DNA of 64,000 bases from Eledone cirrhosa (lineage: Eukaryota), in assembly GCA_964016885.1 (NCBI GenBank), contig OZ024740.1, positions 279,248,001 through 279,312,000 of the forward strand. Direction: 5' to 3'. The notes beneath the pieces were generated by a model. It worked only from the letters and a program-made list of their open reading frames with translations. It was not told the DNA's origin and ran no database searches. Each line of letters begins with the position of its first letter. Within the stretch, counting starts at the first letter, position 1. Shown here piece by piece: positions 49,906-61,336 of this stretch. A program made the translations under genes and the position numbers.

Positions 49906-52900
49906 CGTAAGTCGAAACACTCGTAAGCCGAAACACTCGTGAGCCGAAGCACTTGTAAGTCGGAACATTCGTAAGTCAGAACACTCGTAAGTCAGAACAC
50001 TCGTAAGTTAGAACACTCGTAAGTCAGAACAGTCGTAAGTCGAAACACTCATATCGAAACACTCGTATGTCAAAACACCAGTAAGTCAAAACAATCGTAA
50101 GTCGAAACACTCGTAAGCCGAAACACCGTAAGTCAAAACACTCGTAAGTCGAAACACTCGTAAGTCGAAACACTCGTAAGTCGAAACACTCGTAAGTTGA
50201 AACACTCGTACGCCGAAACACTCGTAAGTAAAAACATTAGTAAGTCGAAACACTCGTAAGCCGAAAGACTCGTAAGTCGAAACACTCGTAAGCCGAAACA
50301 CCCGTAAGTCAAAACATTCGTAAGTCAAAACACTCGTAAGTCGAAACACTCGTAAGTCGAAACACTCGTAAGTCAAAACTCTCGTACGCCGAAACACTCG
50401 TAAGTAAAAACATTAGTAAGTCGAAACACTCGTAAGCCGAAACACTCGTAAGTCAAAACATTCGTAAGTCAAAACACTCGTAAGTCGAAACACCCGTAAG
50501 TCAAAACACTCGTATGTCGAAACACTCGTAAACCGAAACACCGTAAGTAAAAACACTCGTAAGTCGAAACACCCATAAGGCGAAACACTCGTAAGCCGAA
50601 ACACTCGTAAGTCGAAACACTCATAAGCCGAAACACTCGTAAGTCGGAACACTCGTAAATCAGAACACCCGCAAGTCAGAACACTCGTAAATCAGAACAC
50701 TCTTAAGTCGAAACTCACGTAAGCCGAAACACTCGTAAGTCGAAACACTCGTAAATCGAAACATCCTTAAGTCGAAACACTCGTACACCGAAACACTCGT
50801 AAGTAAAAACATTAGTAAGTCGAAACACTCGTAAGCCGAAACACTCGTAAGTCGAAACACCCGTAAGTCGAAACACCCGTAAGTCAAAACACTCGTGTCT
50901 CGAAACACTCGTAAACCTAAACACTCGTAAGTCAGAACACTCGTAAGTCAGAACACTCGTAAGTCGAAACACTCATAAGTCGAAACACTCGTAAGTCGAA
51001 ACACCCGTAAGTCGAAACATCCGTAAGTCGAAACACTCGTATGTCGAATAACTCGTAAGCCGAAACACCGTAAGTCAAAACACTCGTAAGTCGAAACACT
51101 CGTAAGTCGAAACACCCGTAAGCCGAAACACTCGTAAGCCAAAACATTCGTAAGTCGAAACACTCGTAAGCCGAAACACTGTAAGCCAAAACATTCGTAA
51201 GTCGAAACACTCGTAAGTCGAAACACCCATAGCCGAAACACTCGTAAGTCGGAACACACGTAAGTCAGAACACCCGTAAGTCAGAACACTCGTAAGTCAG
51301 AACACTCGTAAGTCAGAACACTCGTAAGTCAGAGCATTCGTATCGAAACACTCGTATGTCAAAACACCCATAAGTCAAAACACTCGTAAGTCGAAATACT
51401 CGTAAGTCGAAACACTCGTAAGCCGAAACAATCGTAATTCAAAACACTCGTAAGTCGAAACACTCGTAAGCCAAAAATACTCGTACGTCGAAAGACCCGT
51501 AAGCCGAAACACTCGTAAGTCGGAACACTCATAAGTCAAAACACTCGTAAGTCGAAACAGTCGTAAGTCGGAACACTCGTAAGTCAGAACACTCGTAAGT
51601 CAGAACACTCGTAAGTCAAAACACTCGTAAGTCGAAACACCCGTAAGTCGAAACGCCCGTAAGTCGAAACACTCATAAGCTGAAACACTCGTAAGTCGGA
51701 ACACTCGTAAGTCAGAACACCCGTAAGTCAGACCACTCGTAAGTCAGAACACTCGTAAGTCAGAACACTCGCAAGTCAGAACACTCGTAAGTCAGAACAC
51801 TCGTATCGAAACACTCGTATGTCAAAACACCCGTAAGTCAAAACACTCGTAACTCGAAACAATCGTAAGCCGAAACACACGTAAGTCGGAACACCCGTAA
51901 GTCGAAACACTCGTAAGTCGAAACACTCGTAAGTCGGAAGATTCGTAGTCGAAACACTCGTAAGTCTAAACACTCGTAAATCGAAACACGCGTAAGTCGA
52001 AACACCCGTAAGTGAAAAAAACAATCGTAAGTCGAAACACTCGTAAGTCAGAACACTTGTAGGTCAGAACACTCGTAAGTCGAAACACTCGTAAGTCAGA
52101 ACACTCGTAACACTCGTAAGTCGAAACACTCGTATCGAAACACTCGTATGTCAAAACGCCCGTAAGTCTTAACACTCGTAAGTCGAAACACTCGTAAGCA
52201 GAAACACCGTAAGTCAAAACACTCGTAAGTCGAAACACTCGTAAGTCGGAACACTTGTAAGCCGAAACACTCGTAAGTCGGAACGCTCGTAAGTCGGAAC
52301 ACTCGTAAGTCAGAACACTCGTAAGTCGAAACACTCGTAAGCCGAAACACTCGTAAGTCGGAACACTCGTAAGTCAGAACACTCGTAAGTCAGAACACTC
52401 GTAAGTCAGAACACTCGTAAGTCAGAACACTCGTAACACTCGTAAGTCGAAACACTCGTATCGAAACACTCGTATGTCAAAACACCCGTAAGTCTTAACA
52501 CTCGTAAGTCGAAACACTCGTAAGTCGGAACGCTCGTAAGTCGGAACACTCGTAAGTCTGAAAACTCGTATGTCGAAACACTCGTAAGCCGAAACATCGT
52601 AAGTAAAAACACTCGTAAGTCGAAATACCCATAAGTCGAAACACTCGTAAGCCGAAACACTCGTAAGTCGAAACACTCATAAGCGGAAACACTCGTAAAT
52701 CGGAACACTCGTAATTCACAACACCCGTAAGTCAAAACACCCGTAAGTCAAAACACTCGTAAGTCGAATCACTCGTAAGCCGAAACACCGTAAGTCAAAA
52801 CACTCGTAAGTCGAAACACTCGTAAGCCGGAAACACTCGTAAGCCGAAACACTCGTAAGTCGGAACACTCGTAAGTCGGAACACTCGTAAGTCAGAACAC

Positions 52901-55882
52901 TCGTAAGTCAAAACACTCGTAAGTCAGAACACTCGTATCGAAACACTCGTATGTCAAAACACCCGTAAGTCAAAACACTCGTAAGTCGAAACACTCGTAA
53001 GCCGAAACACCGTAAGTCAAAACACTCGTAAGTCGAAACACTCATAAGCCGAAACACTCGTAAGTCGAAACACTCGTAAGTCGAAACACTCATAAGTCGA
53101 AACACTAGTAAGTCGAAACACTCGTATGTCGAAACATCCGTAAATAAGAACACTCGTAATTCAAAACATTCGTAAGTCGAACCACTCGTAAGCCAAAAAT
53201 ACTCGTAAGTCGAAACACCCTTAAGTCAAAACACTCGTAAGTCAAAACACCCGTAAGTCGAAACACTCGTAAGTCGAAACACTCGTACGCCGAAACACTC
53301 GTAAGCCGAAAGACTCGTAAGTCGAAACACTCGTAAGCCGAAACACCCGTAAGTCAAAACATTCGTAAGTCAAAACACTCGTAAGTCGAAACACTCGTAA
53401 GTCGAAACACTCGTAAGTCAAAACTCTCGTAAGCCGAAACACTCGTAAGTAAGAACATTAGTAAGTCGAAACACTCGTAAGCCGAAACACTCGTAAGTCG
53501 AAACACTCGTAAGCCGAAACACCCGTAATTCAAAACATTCGTAAGTCAAAACACTCGTAAGTCGAAACACCCGTAAGTCAAAACACTCGTATGTCGAAAC
53601 ACCCATAAGTCGAAACACTCGTAAGCCGAAACACTCGTAAGTCGAAACACTCATAAGCCGAAACACTCGTAAGTCGGAACACTCGTAAATCAGAACACCC
53701 GCAAGTCAGAACACTCGTAAATCAGAACACTCTTAAGTCGAAACTCACGTAAGCCGAAACACTCGTAAGTCGAAACACTCGTAAGTCGAAAAACTCGTAA
53801 GTCAAAACACTCGTACGCCGAAACACTCGTAAGTAAAAACATTAGTAAGTCGAAACACCCATAAGCCGAAACACTCGTAAGTCGAAACACTCGCAAGCCG
53901 AAACACCCGTAAGTCAAAACATTCGTAAGTCGAATCACTCGTAAGCCGAAACACCGTAAGTCAAAACACTCGTAAATCGGAACACTCGTAATTCACAACA
54001 CCCGTAAGTCAAAACACCCGTAAGTCAAAACACTCGTAAGTCGAATCACTCGTAAGCCGAAACACCGTAAGTCAAAACACTCGTAAGTCGAAACACTCGT
54101 AAGCCGGAAACACTCGTAAGCCGAAACACTCGTAAGTCGGAACACTCGTAAGTCGGAACACTTGTAAGTCAGAACACTCGTAAGTCAAAACACTCGTAAG
54201 TCAGAACACTCGTAAGTCAGAACACTCGTATCGAAACACTCGTATGTCAAAACACCCGTAAGTCAAAACACTCGTATGTCGAAACACTCGTAAGCTGAAA
54301 CACCGTAAGTCAAAACACTCGTAAGTCGAAACAATCATAAGCCGAAACACTCGTAAGTCGAAACACTCGTAAGTCGAAACACTCATAAGTCGAAACACTC
54401 GTAAGTCGAAACACTCGTATGTCGAAACATCGGTAAATCAGAACACTAGTAAGTCAAAACACTCGTAAGTCGAAACACTCGTAAGCCAAAAATACTCGTA
54501 AGTCGAAACACCCTTAAGTCAAAACACTCGTAAGTCAAAACACTCGTAAGCCGAAACACCCGTAAGTCAAAACACCCGTAAGTCGAAACACTCGGAAGTC
54601 GAAACACTCGTACGCCGAAACACTCGTAAGTAAAAACATTAGTAAGTCGAAACACTCTTAAGCCGAAAGACTCGTAAGTCGAAACACTCGTAAGCCGAAA
54701 CACCCGTAAGTCAAAACATTCGTAAGTCAAAATACTCGTAAGTCGAAACACTCGTAAGTCGAAACACTCGTAAGTCAAAACTCTCGTACGCCGAAACACT
54801 CGTAAGTAAAAACATTAGTAAGTCGAAACGCTCGTAAGCCGAAACACTCGTAAGTCGAAACACTCGTAAGCCGAAACACCCGTAAGACAAAACATTCGTA
54901 AGTCAAAACACTCGTAAGTCGAAACACTCATAAGCCGAAACACTCGTAAGTCGGAACACTCGTAAATCAGAACACTCTTAAGTCGAAACTCACTTAAGCC
55001 GAAACACTCGTAAGTCGAAACACTCGTAAGTCGAAACATCCTTAAGTCAAAAATTCGTACACCGAAACACTCGTAAGTAAAAACATTAGTAAGTCGAAAC
55101 ACTCGTAAGCCGAAACACTCGTAAGTCGAAACATCCTTAAGTCAAAAATTCGTACACCGAAACACTCGTAAGTAAAAACATTAGTAAGTCGAAACACCCG
55201 TAAGTCGAAACACCCGTAAGTCAAAACACTCGTATGTCGAAACACTCGTAAACCGAAACACTCGTAAACCGAAACACTCGTAAGTCAGAACACTCGTAAG
55301 TCAGAACACTCGTAAGTCGAAACACTCATAAGTCGAAACACTCGTAAGTCGAAACACCCGTAAGCCGAAACACCCGTAAGTCAAAACATTCGTAAGTCAA
55401 AACACTCGTAAGTCAAAACACTCGTAAGTCAAAACACTCGAACGCCGAAACACTCGTAAGTAAAAACATTAGTAATTCGAAACACTCATAAGCCGAAACA
55501 CTCGTAAGTCGAAACACTCGCAAGCCGAAACACCGTAAGTCAAAACACTCGTAAATCGGAACACTGGTAATTCACAACACCCGTAAGTCAAAACACCCGT
55601 ATGTCAAAACACTCGTAAGTCGAATCACTCGTAAGCCGAAACACCGTAAGTCAAAACACTCGAAAGTCGAAACACTCGTAAGTCGAAACACTCGTAAGCC
55701 GGAAACACTCGTAAGCCGAAACACTCCTAAGTCGGAACACTCGTAAGTCGGAACACTCGTAAACCGAAACACTCGTAAGCAAAAACATTCGTAAGTCGAA
55801 ACACCCGTAAGCAAAAACATTCGGAAGTCGAAACACTCGTATGTCGAAACACTCGTAAGTCGAAACACTCGTAAAACGAAAC

Positions 55883-55952
55883 GTATAAATAAAGATTAAT
55901 GTAATGAATTTGAAAATCATAGAGATTTGAAACCGCGTCTATTTGTTATTTT
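55883..55952. repeat. 70-bp AT-rich interspersed segment, copy 2
   Basis: Same sequence, orientation and monomer phase as copy 1; carries GAAAATCAT and TTGAAACC variants. Confidence 0.95.
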
Positions 55953-57625
55953 CGTAAGTCGAAACACTCGTAAGCCGAAACACTCGTGAGCCGAAACACT
56001 CGTAAAGTCGGAACACTCGTAAGTCAGAACACTCGTAAGTCAGAACACTCGTAAGTCAGAACACTCGTATCGAAACACTCGTATGTCAAAACACGCGCAA
56101 GTCAAAACACTCGTAACACGAAACACTCGTAAGCCGAAACACCGTAAGCCAAACCACTCGTAAGTCGAAACACCCGTAAGTCGGAACACTCGTAAGTCGA
56201 AACACTCGTAAGTCGAAACACTCGTAAGCCGAAACACTCGTAAGCCGAAACACTCGTGAGTCGGAACACTCGTAAATCAGAACACTCGTAAGTCAGATCA
56301 CTCGTAAGTCAGAACACCTGTAAGTCAAAACACTCGTAAGTCGAAACACTCCTAAGTCGAAACACTCGTATGTCGAAACATCCGTAAATCAGAACACTCG
56401 TAAGTCAGAACACTCGTAAGTCGAAACACTCGTAAGTCGAAACACTTGTAAGTCGAAACACCCTTAAGTCAAAACACCCGTAAGTCGAAACACTCGTAAG
56501 TCGAAACACTCGTATGTCAAAACACCCGTAAGTCATAACACTCGTAAGTCGAAACACTCGCAAGCAGAAACACCGTAAGTCAAAACACTCGTAAGTCAAA
56601 ACACTCGTAAGTCGAAACACTCGTAATTCGAAACACTCGTAAGTCGAAACACTCGTAAGTCAAAACACTCATACGCCGAAACACTCGTAAGTCGAAACTC
56701 TCGTAAGTCGATGCGCTCGTAAGTCGAAACACTCTTAAGTCGAAAGACCCGTAAGTCGAAACACCCGTACGTCAAAACACTCGTATGTCGAAACACTCCT
56801 AAGCCGAAACACCGTAAGTCAAAACACTCGTAAGTCGAAACACTCGTAATTCGAAACACTCGTAAGCCGAAACACTCGTAAGTCGAAACACTCGTAAGCC
56901 GAAGCACTCGTAAGTCGAAACCCTCATAAGCCGAAACACTCGTAAGTCGGAACACTCGTAAGTCAGAACACCCGTAAGTCAGAACACTCGTAAGCCAAAC
57001 AATCGTAAGTCAAAACACTCGTAAGTCAAAACACTCGTAAACCGAAACACTCGTAAGCCGAAACACTCGTAAGGCGAAACAGTCGTAAGTCGAAACACTC
57101 GTAAGCCGAAACACTCATAAGCCGAAACACTCATAAGCCGAAACACTCGTAATTCGAAACACTCGTAAGCCGAAACACTCATAAGCCGAAACACTCGTAA
57201 GCCAAAACATTCGTACGTCGAAACACTCGTAAGCCGAAATACTCGTAATTCGAAACACTCGTAAGCCGACGCACTCGTAAGTCGAAACACTCATAAGCCG
57301 AAACACTCGTAAGTCGAAACACTCGTAAGTCAAAACACACGTAAGCCGAAACACCGAAACACTCGTAAGCCGAAACACTCGTAAGTCGAAACACTCGCAA
57401 GTCGAAACACTCGTAAGTCGAAACACTCGTAAGTAGGAACACTCGTAAGTCAGATCACTCGTAAGTCGAAGTAAGTCAAAACATTCGTAAGTCAAAGCAC
57501 TCGTAAGTCGAAACACTCGTAAGTCGGAACATTCGTAGTCGAAAAACGCGTAAGTCGAAACAACCGTAAGTTAAAACACTCGTAAGTCGAAACACTCGTA
57601 CGCCGAAACACTCGTAAAGCGAAAC

Positions 57626-57695
57626 TTATAAATAAAGATTAATGTAATGAATTTGAAAAGCATAGATATTTGAAACCGCGTCTATTTGTTATTTT
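57626..57695. repeat. 70-bp AT-rich interspersed segment, copy 3
   Basis: Same sequence, orientation and phase; begins TTATA and carries CATAGATAT. Confidence 0.95.
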
Positions 57696-60600
57696 CGTAA
57701 GTCGAAACACTCGTAAGCCGAAACACTCGTAAGTAGAAACACTCGTAAGTCGGAACATTCGTAAGTCGAAACACTCGTAAGTCGAAACACTCGTAAGTCG
57801 AAACACTCGTAAGTCGAAACACGCGTAAGTCGAAACACCCGTAAGTTAAAACACTCGTAAGTCGAAACACTCGTAAGGCGAAACACCCGTAAGTCAGAAC
57901 ATTCGTAAGTCAAAACACTCGTAAGTCGAAACACTCGTAAGTCGGAACACTCGTAAGTCAGAACACTCGTAAGTCAGAACACTCGTAAGACAGAACACTC
58001 GTAAGTCAGAACACTCGTAATTCGAAACACTCGTAAGTCGAAACACTCGCAAGTCGAAACACTCGTAAGTCGAAACACTCGTAAGTAGGAACACTCGTAA
58101 GTCAGATCACTCGTAAGTCGAAGTAATTCAAAACATTCGTAAGTCAAAGCACTCGTAAGTCGAAACACTCGTAAGTCAAAACACTCGTACGCCGAAACAC
58201 ACGTAAGTCGAAACACTCGTATGTCGAAGCGCTCGTAAGTCGAAACACTCTTACGTCGAAACACCCGTAAGTCGAAACACCCGTAAGTCAAAACACTCGT
58301 ATGTCGAAACACTCGTAAGCCGAAACACCATAAGTCAAAACACTCGTAAGTCGAAACACTCATAAGCCGAAACACTCGTAAGTCGAAACAGTCGTAAGCC
58401 GAAACACTCGTAAGTCGAAACACTCGTAAACCGAAGCACTCGTAAGTCGAAACACTCATAAGCTGAAACACTCGTAAGTCGGAACACTCGTAAGTCAGAA
58501 CACCCGTAAGTCAGACCACTCGTAAGTCAGAACACTCGTAAGTCAGAACACTCGTATCGAAACACTCGTATGTCAAAACACCCGTAAGTCAAAACACTCG
58601 TAAGTCAAAACACTCGTAAGCCGAAACACCGTAAGTCAAAACACCCGTAAGTCGAAACACTCGTAAACCGAAACACTCGTAACTCGAAACAATCGTAAGC
58701 CGAAACACTTGTAAGTCGGAACACCCGTAAGTCGAAACACTCGTAAGACGAAACACTCGTAAGTCGGAACATTCGTAGTCGAAACACTCGTAAGTCTAAA
58801 CACTCGTAAATCGAAACACGCGTAAGTCGAAACACCCGTAAGTGAAAAAAACAATCGTAAGTCGAAACACTCGTAAGTCAGAACACTTGTAGGTCAGAAC
58901 ACTCGTAAGTCGAAACACTCGTTAGTCAGAACACTCGTAACACTCGTAAGTCGAAACACTCGTATCGAAACACTAGTATGTCAAAACACCCGTAAGTCTT
59001 AACACTCGTAAGTCGAAACACTCGTAAGCAGAAACACCGTAAGTCAAAACACTCATAAGTCGAAACACTCGTAAGTCGGAACACTTGTAAGCCGAAACAC
59101 TCGTAAGTCGGAACGCTCGTAAGTCGGAACACTCGTAAGTCAGAACACTCGTAAGTCGAAACACTCGTAAGCCGAAACACTCGTAAGTCGGAACACTCGT
59201 AAGTCAGAACGCTCGTAAGTCAGAACACTCGTAAGTCAGAACACTCGTAAGTCAGAACACTCGTAAGTCAGAACACTCGTAACACTCGTAAGTCGAAACA
59301 CTCGTAAGTCGGAACGCTCGTAAGTCGGAACACTCGTAAGTCTGAACACTCGTATGTCGAAACACTCGTAAGCCGAAACACCGTAAGTAAAAACACTCGT
59401 AAGTCGAAACACCCATAAGTCGAAACACTCGTAAGCCGAAACACTCGTAAGTCGAAACACTCATAAGCCGAAACACTCGTAAATCGGAACACTCGTAATT
59501 CACAACACCCGTAAGTCAAAACACTCGTAAGTCAAAACACTCGTAAGTCGAAACACTCGTAAGCCGGAAACACTCATAAGCCGAAACACTCGTAAATCGG
59601 AACACTCGTAATTCACAACACCCGTAAGTCAAAACACTCGTAAGTCAAAACACTCGTAAGTCGAAACACTCGTAAGCCGGAAACACTCGTAAGCCGAAAC
59701 ACTCGTAAGTCGGAACACTCGTAAGTCGGAACACTCGTAAGTCAGAACACTCGTAAGTCAAAACACTCGTAAGTCAGAACACTCGTAAGTCAGAACACTC
59801 GTATCGAAACACTCGTATGTCAAAACACCCGTAAGTCAAAACACTCGTAAGTCGAAACACTCGTAAGCCGAAACACCGTAAGTCGAAACACTCATAAGCC
59901 GAAACACTCGTAAGTCGAAACACTCGTAAGTCGAAACACTCGTAAGCCGGAAACACTCGTAAGCCGAAACACTCGTAAGTCGGAACACTCGTAAGTCGGA
60001 ACACTCGTAAGTCAGAACACTCGTAAGTCAAAACACTCGTAAATCAGAACACCCGCAAGTCAGAACACTCGTAAATCAGAACACTCTTAAGTGGAAACTC
60101 ACGTAAGCCGAAACACTCGTAAGTCGAAACACTCGTAAGTCGAAACACTCGTAAGTCAAAACAATCGTACACCGAAACACTCGTAAGTAAAAACATTAGT
60201 AAGTCGAAACACCCATAAGCCGTAAGTCGAAACACTCGCAAGCCGAAACACCCGTGAGTCAAAACATTCGTAAGTCGAATCACTCGTAAGCCGAAACACC
60301 GTAAGTCAAAACACTCGTAAATCGGAACACTCGTAATTCACAACACCCGTAAGTCAAATCACCCGTAAGTCAAAACACTCGGAAGTCGAAACACTCGTAA
60401 GCCGGAAACACTCGTAAGCCGAAACACTCGTAAGTCGGAACACTCGTAAGTCGGAACACTCGTAGGTCAGAACACTCGTAAGTCAAAACACTCGTAAGTC
60501 AGAACACTCGTAAGTCAGAACACTCGTATCGAAACACTCGTATGTCAAAGCACCCGTAAGTCAAAACACTCGTAAGTCGAAACACTCGTAAGCCGAAACA

Positions 60601-61266
60601 CCGTAAGACAAAACACTCGTAAGTCAAAACACTCGTAAGCCGAAACACTCGTAAGTCGAAACACTCATAAGTCGAAACACTCGTAAGTCGAAACACTCGT
60701 ATGTCGAAACATCCGTAAATCAGAACACTCGTAAGTCAAAACACTCGTAAGTCAAAACACTCGTAAGTCGAAACACCCGTAAGTCGAAACGCCCGTAAGT
60801 CGAAACACTCATAAGCCGAAACACTCGTAAGCCGAAACACTCGTAAGTCGGAACACTCGTAAGTCGGAACACTCGTAAGTAAGAACACTCGTAAGTCAGA
60901 ACACTCGTAAGTCAGAACACTCGTATCGAAACACTCGTATGTCAAAACACCGGTAAGTCAAAACACTCGTATGTCGAAACACTCATAAGCCGAAACACCG
61001 TAAGTCAAAACACTCGTAAGTCAAAACACTCGTAAGTCGAAACACTCGTAAGTCGAAACACTCGTATGTCAAAACACCCGTAAGTCAAAACATTCGTAAG
61101 TCGAAACACCCGTAGTCGAAACAGTCGCAAGTCGAAACACTCGTGAGTCGAAACACGCGTAAGTCGAAACACATGTAAGTCAAAATACTCGTAAGTCAAA
61201 ACACTCGTAAGCCGAAACACTCGTAAGTCGAAACACTCGTAAGTCGAAACACTCGTAAAGCGAAAC

Positions 61267-61336
61267 GTATAAATAAAGATTAATGTAATGAATTTGAAAA
61301 GCATAGAGATTTGAAACCGCGTCTATTTGTTATTTT
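61267..61336. repeat. 70-bp AT-rich interspersed segment, copy 4
   Basis: Matches the four-copy consensus. Its upstream flank matches that of copy 1 (offset 11431; ORFs 49574..49873 vs 61005..61304). Confidence 0.95.

Noticed and set aside
49836-61336. 70-bp inserts as CRISPR spacers, tRNA/snRNA genes or a bona fide MITE
   Set aside because: The four copies are near-identical. I see no cloverleaf, A/B boxes or strong hairpin. The inverted end match is only 6 bp of A/T and the CGTA flank is part of the monomer, so a mobile-element call is not supportable.
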